DNA of 19,322 nt from Candidatus Bathyarchaeota archaeon (GTDB lineage: Archaea; Thermoproteota; Bathyarchaeia; Bathyarchaeales; Bathycorpusculaceae), in NCBI GenBank assembly GCA_963811105.1, contig CAWEPZ010000004.1, positions 1-19,322 on the forward strand, written 5' to 3'. Below the pieces are notes generated by a model. That model saw only the letters and a list, made by a program, of their open reading frames with translations, ran no database searches and was not told the DNA's origin. Shown one piece after another: positions 7,720 through 15,033 of the stretch. The position numbers were made by a program, and so were the translations under genes. Position 1 is the first letter of the stretch. Every line of letters begins with the position of its first letter.

Positions 7720-8728
7720 ATTCATTGCCTCCAATCTTAGGCGCCTTTTGGCCGTTACTGTCTAACCCGAAAATTTCTCTCAGAGTCGAGGTCATGAGGT
7801 TTACGTCTGATCTCAGCAAGGCAACCTCACTCTCCAAACCCTTCACCTTATCACCATCGGCAACCTTATGCTTGTAGAGAGCCTCGAGTAAACGCTCCAT
7901 TCCCAGCAGCCGAGAATTGGTAAACTTTAAAGCATCAGAGTTTCCCTTGACTTCCCGTCTTATCTCGAAATTTGCCTGAGAATTCGCTGAATCATTAAAG
8001 CCCTTGGAGATGGCTTCCTCAAACTTGTTAATACTCATCGGGACTACGGTTTTCTGTTCTTTGCGAACTAGGTTTTCCTCTTTCTGATAGATCCGCTCAA
8101 TCATCCCAAAAAGATCTGTCCTAGTGACACACTGCAGGCCATCAACGCGTACTCCATGGTAATCTTTGTTACACTCAAAAGTCAAAATCTGCAGGTCATT
8201 AAGCTGCCAGCCCAAGTGATCCTGGGTAATATCAAACCAACGATTCAACGCCAACAGACAAGCATCATGACTCATCCCGCCGACATCACAAGCAATGTAG
8301 CCAGAAATCTTTCTCCGCTCAGCACCAAAACAAACATGAATCTTCACCCCACCGATAAATTCGTCTTTCTCCCAAGACGCCACATCCTGACAAACAAACG
8401 ATCGCAGCGAAATGTTGTGCACGCAAAGCGGAATAAACCGCACCCCGTATGTGATTTTGTTACAGTATGCTCCGAGGTAAGGCTGCAGGATCATTCCTTT
8501 TTCTAAGAGTTTTCTGCAAAATATGCGCACAGACGTGTACTGGCCGCGTGTTGGCTGCTTGGGAACATGGAGTTTACGGGCAATTTCCGCTGGCCGCAAC
8601 TCAATTTCTGAATCATCGATAATGTGGAAAACTCTTGCTTCTACGCTCCAACTTTTCGACAAGTAACTGTTATAACTGGTGTTACTGTCCTTGTTTGTGC
8701 AGTTATCAGATTCAGATAAGGCAGCCAA
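7709..8728 (-). CDS. Hypothetical 339-aa protein: N-terminal wHTH, central domain, C-terminal coiled coil; candidate replication initiator
   Basis: TTG start with GGAG upstream; LRPAEIARKL...VR..CRKLLEKG.I...G.Y wHTH; longest early gene, upstream of the origin-like repeat. ORF is solid, function is speculative. Confidence 0.6.
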   Translation of the reverse strand: MAALSESDNCTNKDSNTSYNSYLSKSWSVEARVFHIIDDSEIELRPAEIARKLHVPKQPTRGQYTSVRIFCRKLLEKGMILQPYLGAYCNKITYGVRFIPLCVHNISLRSFVCQDVASWEKDEFIGGVKIHVCFGAERRKISGYIACDVGGMSHDACLLALNRWFDITQDHLGWQLNDLQILTFECNKDYHGVRVDGLQCVTRTDLFGMIERIYQKEENLVRKEQKTVVPMSINKFEEAISKGFNDSANSQANFEIRREVKGNSDALKFTNSRLLGMERLLEALYKHKVADGDKVKGLESEVALLRSDVNLMTSTLREIFGLDSNGQKAPKIGGNEYVT

Positions 8729-8774
8729 AAAATATAAACTCCGTTAGGGCGGGTCGTTTCTGTTTTTTAGTTTT

Positions 8775-9011
8775 TCAAGCCGGGTGGGGCATGAAGCAGT
8801 AAATGGAAGGGTCGCTGAAACTGGATTTGGGACAGAAGGTTCCATCGGCACCGGAACAGCTGCGAGCACCCAAAGAATACTCGAGCAGTGCACCTGCAAA
8901 CTCACAAGCATTCATAGGCAAAGATTCCTCAGGGCAAATACTGCAGCTAGCCGACTTTCCGACGTCAATCTCTTTATAGTATACATTCCAAAGAGGCACC
9001 CACTTAGGCAA
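8775..9011 (-). CDS. Small Cys-rich hypothetical protein (possible Zn-binding)
   Basis: TTG start with strong SD AAGGAGG; CSIC plus four more Cys and a His. Confidence 0.45.
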   Translation of the reverse strand: MPKWVPLWNVYYKEIDVGKSASCSICPEESLPMNACEFAGALLEYSLGARSCSGADGTFCPKSSFSDPSIYCFMPHPA

Positions 9012-9321
9012 ACAAGGCCCTCCTTAACCTGCACGTCGAAGTAAAATTACAGGAAAACTTTGCTTAATTTTCTGAGGACCTGTAAATCATCGCTTGAAAC
9101 TCCAGGTACGGCATGAACTTGTTGCCATGAAACTTAAAGAATACTGCAGGTTTGGGGAGTCGGTTAATTGATGTTGAATCTGCTCGGATTGTTCCAGTTA
9201 ATGATGAGCCAAACTCGATGAGATTGAATTGACTAGGTCATAGGCCTTCTTGCTTTCAGCCTCGACGATTCCAGGCTGCCGTATTTAGGAAGAGTAAACT
9301 CTCGTCAAGCTCAGCACTCAA
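9012..9321 (-). pseudogene. Fragmented hypothetical ORF
   Basis: SD AAGGAGG then TTG at 9321 (MSAELDESLLFL...) but the frame closes early; the gap lies in an otherwise gap-free operon. Confidence 0.3.
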
Positions 9322-9332
9322 CAGAAGCCTCC

Positions 9333-9566
9333 TTACCTTTCAGGGAATAACTTGAGCAATTGCCGCCCCTTCTCGGTTAATGTGTAGATTTTCTTGTTCC
9401 GTTTTTCTCAGAGATTTCATGCGAGATTAATCAAATTAGTTCTTGAGTTAAAGTTTCTTGACGGCTTTGTGACGCTCCGGAATAACAGCGCCACTTGCTA
9501 CACTTTGATATTTCGTAAACGTTTATGGGAGTTTGGAAGACCCGCAACAAGCCTAAATCAAATCAT
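9333..9566 (-). pseudogene. Frameshifted small winged-helix regulator (PadR/MarR-like wing)
   Basis: ATG at 9566 overlaps the upstream stop (TAATG); fragments read DLGLLRVFQTPINVYEISK, HKAVKKL and KKIYTLTEKGRQLLKLFPER*, the classic wHTH wing. Not in the ORF track. Confidence 0.55.
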
Positions 9567-9880
9567 TAGATGAACCACCTTAACTCTGCAGCAATTGTTC
9601 CAGTTGTTAGTGATTCCCGTAGCGGCAGCCCAATTCTCAAAATGTCGTTAAGAATTTGGTCCTTGGGCGCCCCCGATTTCTGACTAATTTTGGTTAAGAT
9701 AGCGTCTTTTTGTTCCTTCGAAAGCACACCCCAAGCAACCAAAACAACCCGCTCACGCTTACCTGCAGGTCCTAATTTGGTTTCTTGGAAAGACATTGAG
9801 GTCACGGGAATTTTGCTGTCTGGGAATATGTCGCCCCAAACCTTTTTTCCTTCATCGTTCAAGACATGCCCACATTTCAA
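9566..9880 (-). CDS. Hypothetical viral protein (~104 aa)
   Basis: Part of ORF 9566-9892; probable TTG start at 9880 overlapping the upstream stop (TTGA), with GGGAG upstream. Confidence 0.65.
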   Translation of the reverse strand: MKCGHVLNDEGKKVWGDIFPDSKIPVTSMSFQETKLGPAGKRERVVLVAWGVLSKEQKDAILTKISQKSGAPKDQILNDILRIGLPLRESLTTGTIAAELRWFI

Positions 9881-10044
9881 AGAATCTCCCATTTCTCTCT
9901 AAGAGTTTTTTCAATGAACCTTTGCAGCAGCGCTAATTCGCCAAAAGCTTTCACTTCATCAGAATCTTTCAGAACGTCCGTAGCGATATTGTCAACAGAG
10001 TTTTTTAGAGCCTGAATTATTTTCTCCCATTCATCTAGTTTCAA
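9877..10044 (-). CDS. Small helical hypothetical protein (55 aa)
   Basis: MKLDEWEKIIQALKNSVDNIATDVLKDSDEVKAFGELALLQRFIEKTLREKWEIL*; TTG overlaps the PolX stop, SD GGAGG; below the ORF-track cutoff. Confidence 0.6.
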   Translation of the reverse strand: MKLDEWEKIIQALKNSVDNIATDVLKDSDEVKAFGELALLQRFIEKTLREKWEIL

Positions 10045-10596
10045 AAGTTAGCCTCCCTGTTACTCGGCTCAACATACTCCAGTCCTAAAGCGGTGAAGAT
10101 CTCCTCTTCAGTTCTAGAGGCGATAATTTGGCCGAATCCGCCTTGGGTAACTAGGCCCTCAGAGGCGCTAAGTTTCAAGCCTTTCGAACGCGCCAAAGTG
10201 CAAAGTTTCACGTTATGTTCTTTGCTTCCAGTTCGTACAAGCAGAATCACTCCCCAGGTCTCTGGACGTGCCCGGTAAATGTCAACTTGGAATCCGTCGC
10301 CAAGAAAAGTGCAGCGCAGCAATTCTTGGCCAGACGCCTCCACCTTCAAACCGCACTTCTTGAGTCTTGCAGGAATAAGATCCTTCCAAACCCGAGATTC
10401 ATTAAAGGTCACGGTGCCGACGCCTAAAGGAGCAGGGAACTGTTAACGGCTTAGGCATGGCCACAATATCTATGTCGCCGACGTCAGCTTTTTTTCGCCT
10501 AATGCATCCCGCAACTTCAACGCGGGAACAAAACGGCTCAAGGGCGCAGCGGACCTCGTCAGCCAAAATCGAAGCTTCTTCAATTTTCACTATCAC
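10041..10596 (-). CDS. polX: Minimal family X DNA polymerase (palm + thumb only), ~184 aa; +1 insertion at ~10436
   Basis: VAGCIRR...GDIDIV (two catalytic Asp), QVD (third Asp), RTGSKEHN, EEEIF.ALGLEYVEP..R are PolX hallmarks. ORFs 10402-10596 and 10041-10412 fuse when one C is removed from a CCC run. Confidence 0.85.
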
Positions 10597-10751
10597 GAAG
10601 CCTCCAGTATTTTTTTGTTTTCATCTTCCTGGATCTGTCTTTCTCTACGCCTCTCAGCCTTAACTCTAAGCGATAAAATCGGCGTCACTGTACAGTTCGA
10701 GCTGAGTTGAATCTCCCACTCCGAATACAGTTTTCTTTTGCGACGATTCAC
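10593..10751 (-). CDS. Small basic hypothetical protein (52 aa)
   Basis: MNRRKRKLYSEWEIQLSSNCTVTPILSLRVKAERRRERQIQEDENKKILEAS*; GTGA overlaps at both ends, GGAGG upstream. Confidence 0.55.
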   Translation of the reverse strand: MNRRKRKLYSEWEIQLSSNCTVTPILSLRVKAERRRERQIQEDENKKILEAS

Positions 10752-10963
10752 CTAGAGGCCTCCAGGTGCTTTTCAACGGCTAACAACTCACTTTTTTCAG
10801 GCGGTTTATAGTCAGTGTTCACAACAAACCTACCGTGTTTAGAAAGCAAAGTGCGAATGGAAAGCCTGATCTCTTCCGCTCGATTAGGGTAGAAACCTAA
10901 ATCGATTAGCTCATCAAGAAGCTTAAGGTAAACCTCCGGGACATAGAGAGAAATTTGCTTCAT
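10748..10963 (-). CDS. Ribbon-helix-helix (CopG/Arc/MetJ) transcription regulator, 71 aa
   Basis: MKQISLYVPEVYLKLLDELIDLGFYPNRAEEIRLSIRTLL is a typical archaeal RHH; ATG 10963 overlaps the upstream stop (ATGA). Confidence 0.8.
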   Translation of the reverse strand: MKQISLYVPEVYLKLLDELIDLGFYPNRAEEIRLSIRTLLSKHGRFVVNTDYKPPEKSELLAVEKHLEASR

Positions 10964-11211
10964 CGTCTCTTTCTCCTGCCAGTAGTGATCCGGATAACCT
11001 TCAACAAACAAAAAATGCCCTTGCTGCAACTCCCCTCAAAATTGCAGGAAACCGGAGCCCCAGAAACAACACTGCCAAGAGGCTTCCTGGCTACACATAA
11101 ATCAAGCGTAACCTCGTCACGCCTTTGGCAGCAAAAAGTCTCAACATTCTCAAAAACTGGATCCTCCATAATCTGGGCTGTGGCTAAAAGTTTAGAGTCA
11201 TCTCTGGCCAA
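10960..11211 (-). CDS. Small Cys-rich hypothetical protein, first gene of the early operon
   Basis: TTG start with strong SD AAAGGAGGT; six Cys; stop overlaps the RHH start. Confidence 0.6.
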   Translation of the reverse strand: MARDDSKLLATAQIMEDPVFENVETFCCQRRDEVTLDLCVARKPLGSVVSGAPVSCNFEGSCSKGIFCLLKVIRITTGRRKRR

Positions 11212-11248
11212 TTAGAAATGAACCTCCTTTAGGTCTAAAAAGGTATTA

Positions 11249-11291
11249 AGGAAGAAGTTACCAGAAAAAAAAACTGGTAGTTTCTTCTCCT
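11249..11291 (-). terminator. Oligo-T terminator of tRNA-Asn inside an imperfect hairpin
   Basis: Minus strand: GGAGAAGAAACTACCAG-TTTTTTTTT-CTGGTAACTTCTTCC, with T9 about 25 nt after the tRNA CCA. Confidence 0.55.
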
Positions 11292-11297
11292 TTGAAG

Positions 11298-11374
11298 TGG
11301 CGCCGTCGAAAGGATTCGGACCTTTGACCGACTGGTTAACAGCCAGCCGCTCTACCGGGCTGAGCCACGACGGC
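11298..11374 (-). tRNA. tRNA-Asn (GTT), intron-less, CCA encoded
   Basis: GCCGTCG TG GCTC AGCCCGGTA GAGC G GCTGG CT GTT AA CCAGT CGGTC AAAGG TCCGAAT CCTTT CGACGGC G CCA folds into a full cloverleaf. Confidence 0.96.
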
Positions 11375-11413
11375 ACATCATAATGCTTCTGTCACTTTTC
11401 AGTTTCAGTATAG

Positions 11414-11428
11414 TATTTAAGTTTAGTC
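11414..11428 (-). promoter_or_regulatory. Putative BRE/TATA box of tRNA-Asn
   Basis: Minus strand GACTAAAC-TTAAATA about 40 nt upstream of the mature tRNA 5' end. Confidence 0.45.
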
Positions 11429-11572
11429 TTTGATAAAAAAGAGAAATGGCAACATTTGTTTCAGTAGTTAATATCATTTAAGAGAAGACCGTTTACATCA
11501 TGAAATCGCGATAGCTTATCCTATTTTATGGAAGAAGCTTTCAAAAAAACAAAAAAAGAAAAGTAGAGTTTT

Positions 11573-12364
11573 TTATTTTTTGCTTCTTTTCATGTATGCG
11601 AATGCTCCGAACGCAACTAGTACTATAACCAATACAACAGCTAGTGCTATGATTATTGCCGTGTCAGTTGAAATCCCCATTATTGTGCCTCCAGATGCAG
11701 GTGTTGGTGTTGGAGTCGTCACGTTGCTGTTTACTGGGACGAATACTGGCTGGTAATAATAAGTTGCTCCGTATCCGTGACCTACTGTGTATGGATTGTC
11801 AGTTGGGGTTAGTGTGTAGGGAAAATCGCCGTGGCCTGCATTTACGTCATTGCCTGAAATAACCCAGTACACGAATTCGTAGCCGCTGTTTGCAGTTGCA
11901 GTCAGTTTAAGTTGGGAAGCATCAGCTATGGCATATGTTCCTGGATTAGGGTTTGTGGTTCCTCCGGTGCCAGCTGCCAAGATAACCACTATAGCGTTAT
12001 TAGGTGAACTTACTGAGGCTGGGGCAATAAAACTTATTGGATTAAATATTGCCTGAATTGAGTAGCTGCTGTCGCTAACGGTGAATGTGAACGGGTTATC
12101 AGTAGCCGTGTTGGTTGCGGAAGTGCTAGAAACTGTCCAACTCACGAATTCGTATCCTACTGCTGGGGTTGCGGTCAATGTTATATCTATGCCGTCGTTA
12201 TAATTGTAAGTTCCATCGGTTGGATCGGTTGTTCCTCCTACTGAGGGTAAGATGTTGACTGTATCCTGGGCTTGTGCTTTCACGCTTGAGATAGCCGGTA
12301 GAAAAAGCGCTGATATCAACAGAATCAAAGCAAAAACTTTAAAGTATTTTAAAAACCTTGACAA
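11573..12364 (-). CDS. Secreted, membrane-anchored surface protein with two divergent InlB B-repeat-like domains
   Basis: Signal peptide; two repeats GGTT.P..GTY......LTAT...GYEFV.W...DNP.T; PT linker; C-terminal TM helix followed by KRSKK. Confidence 0.8.
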   Translation of the reverse strand: MSRFLKYFKVFALILLISALFLPAISSVKAQAQDTVNILPSVGGTTDPTDGTYNYNDGIDITLTATPAVGYEFVSWTVSSTSATNTATDNPFTFTVSDSSYSIQAIFNPISFIAPASVSSPNNAIVVILAAGTGGTTNPNPGTYAIADASQLKLTATANSGYEFVYWVISGNDVNAGHGDFPYTLTPTDNPYTVGHGYGATYYYQPVFVPVNSNVTTPTPTPASGGTIMGISTDTAIIIALAVVLVIVLVAFGAFAYMKRSKK

Positions 12365-12461
12365 ATTCTTTCACTCTCAAAAATTATCGCTTGCTTGCTA
12401 CTTTAATGAAAAATATGTTTCCCTATATTTACATTTGTGATTGTAGGAATACAGCAACAAC

Positions 12462-13922
12462 TTATTCTATCTGCCGAACTTTGCGCTTCGCTATAGCTGA
12501 GAAGCCTTTGTAAAACTCTTTCGTAATTCGCTGGTACCATTTGTCTGACCAAGACATATCAATCAAATCATCAATCCATCGGAAATCGTGCTCAACACAC
12601 TGAATCAGAAGTTTCTTGTGCAATTCGTTTAGTTTGGTTTTGGTGAACCAATCTTCACTTGTTAGTTTGCCCAATGGAACAAAAAATAAAGGGACGATTA
12701 GGCTGCGCATTTCTTTGAGGTCGTCAACTAAATCCATGGTTTTAAGGATGTCTGCTTCCGTTTCCTCAGGTAACCCAACAATCAAAGTGCAAGCAGGAAC
12801 AAGCATGTTATCATGCATTACGCCCATACCATCAACTACCACGTCATGCCAATTTTCAGCACTAAATGGTAGCGCCTTAGCAGGCATAATCTTCTTAGCT
12901 ATTTCTGGAGAACCGGTTTCAATGCCCACTTCTGCACCCCACCAAACCTGGTTCTGTAAGATAAGCTCCGACAACTTTGAGAGAAGTTTAGGTTGTGAGG
13001 CTACCGCTGCAATTGAACAGTGACTCCAACTTACGCCTGTGCACCTTTTCGTCACCAACTCATGCAACTCAACAATTTTATCGTTATTTGGCATAGCGTT
13101 TTTTGAGCCATAAAGCATTACATCTTCCGAATGAAGACAGACGCTGTTGTTGCCGGAGTCAATGTTAACACTTATTTCACGATCAATTTTTTCAATAGGA
13201 TACCAACGTAGCGGCCTCAAGGTAACATTACAAAACTGACAACCTCTACAGCAACCTCTGCCAATCTCAACTAAACCATTTACCGAAGGATGAACAATAT
13301 CAGGAATTTCACCTAAGACTGGTGTTTCATCAATGCCAACTTCATAATGCCTGGGAATTTCTTGTCCTTCAGCTGCCGCCCTGAAGATTTTTCCTATAAT
13401 GTTTTCTGCTTCGCCTTCAACTATGCAGTCAATACCTAAATCTTTAGCCGCCTTCTCTCGATATTGAAACTGCCACGCACCTGGACCACCGACAATAATT
13501 TTCAATCCATTTTCTTTCGCTTTTCTAACTGCAGGGCTTTTAAGCAAAACCTGAAAGTGTTTTGCAAGATAGGGTTCCTTTTTAAAAATTGACGCTAAGG
13601 TTGTAGAAGCTGGACCTAATCCAAATGGGTCCATAGTGTGAACACCAAGGACTTTTGCATTCTTAAGGTAATTGCCTAGATATTTTGGGCTTACGGTTTC
13701 AACTTGAAAGCCTTCTTTTAGCAGTTGAGCTTCAGTTTTTCTCAACCCGTATGGCGCTTGAGAAGGGTGGCCGTTGTTTGTTTTTACTGGGGGAAAGAAA
13801 AGATAGCTGTAGAGCCATTCTGGAATAAAATTTGGAGGGGCACAAGTACCAAACCCAAGGAATTCATTATTGTGATAATTGCTCATTAAAGTATTATCAG
13901 CTGTCAAGATGACTTCTGCCAA
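12462..13922 (-). CDS. Radical SAM protein with N-terminal B12-binding-like domain
   Basis: EIGRGCCRGCQFC (CxxxCxxC), IIVGGPG, GEAE, GIETGS, IVGLPEET. Confidence 0.9.
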   Translation of the reverse strand: MAEVILTADNTLMSNYHNNEFLGFGTCAPPNFIPEWLYSYLFFPPVKTNNGHPSQAPYGLRKTEAQLLKEGFQVETVSPKYLGNYLKNAKVLGVHTMDPFGLGPASTTLASIFKKEPYLAKHFQVLLKSPAVRKAKENGLKIIVGGPGAWQFQYREKAAKDLGIDCIVEGEAENIIGKIFRAAAEGQEIPRHYEVGIDETPVLGEIPDIVHPSVNGLVEIGRGCCRGCQFCNVTLRPLRWYPIEKIDREISVNIDSGNNSVCLHSEDVMLYGSKNAMPNNDKIVELHELVTKRCTGVSWSHCSIAAVASQPKLLSKLSELILQNQVWWGAEVGIETGSPEIAKKIMPAKALPFSAENWHDVVVDGMGVMHDNMLVPACTLIVGLPEETEADILKTMDLVDDLKEMRSLIVPLFFVPLGKLTSEDWFTKTKLNELHKKLLIQCVEHDFRWIDDLIDMSWSDKWYQRITKEFYKGFSAIAKRKVRQIE

Positions 13923-14184
13923 TGCCCTTCACCTTCGTTTCTTTGATTATTTTAAAGGCTTATTCATAGAGTCTACGTGGCAGATATAACTATATTCCCC
14001 ACCTGCTTGCCTTATTGCAATTTTTGAAAACAATGCTTATAATAATATTCAAGAGATAACTTTTGTCAACCTTTGAAAAGATAATTATTTACATTCAACA
14101 GAGAGTTTAAGACTTATTTAGGAAAATGTATATCAAGGTATTTGACTATTAAAATGAAAACACTCACGGGGAAGAGGAGTTTAT

Positions 14185-14748
14185 TTGAAAAACATGATAG
14201 AGTTTAGATGGCATGGTAGAGGCGGCCAAGGAGCATGGACTGCTAGCGAACTATTGGCAAGAACAGCCCTTGACGAAGGCAAATACATTCAATCATTCCC
14301 TGAATTTGGGCCCGAAAGAATGGGTGCGCCTGTCACAGCTTTCACCAGAATAAGCACTGAACCAATAAGATTACACTGCGCAATTTATAACCCAGATGTT
14401 GTCATCGTTTTAGATAACACCTTATTGAAATCTGTCCCAGTTATGGCTGGACTAAACCGCGATGAAGATATATTAATTATTAACTCAACCGAAGAACCAG
14501 GCAAATTAAAAGAAAACCTAAGAGTCACAAAAGGTAAAGTTTGGACCGTCCCAGCAACAGAAATTGCCTTAAGAATTTTGGGTGCTCCAATAACCAACAC
14601 AGCGTTGCTTGGCTGCGTCGCTAAGGCTACCAACATTGTCACCCTTGCAGGAATCGAGAAGACTTTGAAGGGACGTTTCAGACCAGATTTAGCAAAGAAA
14701 AACTTTGACGTTATCGAAGAAGCATATAAGGAGGCAAAATCGGAGTGA
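14185..14748 (+). CDS. porC: Pyruvate/2-oxoacid:ferredoxin oxidoreductase gamma subunit (porC, also called porG)
   Basis: EFRWHGRGGQGA, FPEFGPERMGAPV, NTALLG; SD GAGGAG before the TTG start. Confidence 0.93.
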   Translation: MKNMIEFRWHGRGGQGAWTASELLARTALDEGKYIQSFPEFGPERMGAPVTAFTRISTEPIRLHCAIYNPDVVIVLDNTLLKSVPVMAGLNRDEDILIINSTEEPGKLKENLRVTKGKVWTVPATEIALRILGAPITNTALLGCVAKATNIVTLAGIEKTLKGRFRPDLAKKNFDVIEEAYKEAKSE

Positions 14749-15032
14749 GCAAAGAAAAAAGCTGGAAGGAAGCTCCAATAGCTGGAGTATGCCAAAAATC
14801 AAGCATCGGCTTTATGACTGGTGACTGGAAAACATACATGCCAGTTAGAGACCTAGAAAAATGCACAACATGCCTGACATGCGTGATGGATTGCCCTGAA
14901 GGAGCAATTAAGTGGCGACCAGATATGGGCAAAATCGAGTTTGACTTTAGCTTCTGCAAAGGTTGTGGAATATGCGCTAATGAGTGCCCAACTAAAGCAA
15001 TAACAATGAAAATGCCCGATGAGGATGAATAA
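14745..15032 (+). CDS. porD: Pyruvate/2-oxoacid:ferredoxin oxidoreductase delta subunit (2x[4Fe-4S])
   Basis: TGDW...P; CTTCLTCVMDCP and CKGCGICANECP ferredoxin motifs. Confidence 0.93.
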   Translation: MSKEKSWKEAPIAGVCQKSSIGFMTGDWKTYMPVRDLEKCTTCLTCVMDCPEGAIKWRPDMGKIEFDFSFCKGCGICANECPTKAITMKMPDEDE

Positions 15033-15033
15033 A

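Larger units (their letters stand above)
1..11297 (-). mobile_element. Provirus or virus-like element (HK97-type head module plus early/replication operon) next to the 3' end of tRNA-Asn; left boundary not determined
   Basis: Co-oriented portal-protease-scaffold-cement-MCP cluster; dense operon of small overlapping ORFs with RHH/wHTH regulators and PolX; begins directly downstream of a tRNA 3' end; housekeeping genes resume on the other side of the tRNA. No att duplicate or integrase seen in the window. Confidence 0.85.

Noticed and set aside
1860-10440. Programmed ribosomal frameshifting in MCP, portal, protease or PolX
   Set aside because: The breaks lie inside essential folds, are too numerous, mostly lack slippery heptamers and are all +1 insertions; error or decay is simpler.
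1588-11215. Plus-strand ORFs opposite element genes (1588-1791, 2755-3075, 3002-3190, 3108-3290, 6488-6730, 7531-7716, 8156-8506, 8784-9044, 9690-9902, 10093-10278, 10215-10427, 10457-10663, 10955-11215) and alternate-frame ORFs 3555-3839 and 5095-5358
   Set aside because: Shadows of better-supported minus-strand genes, with no recognisable motifs.
1-11297. att direct repeat of the tRNA-Asn 3' end, and an integrase
   Set aside because: Scanned by eye and found no convincing copy and no tyrosine or serine recombinase motifs; probably outside the window.
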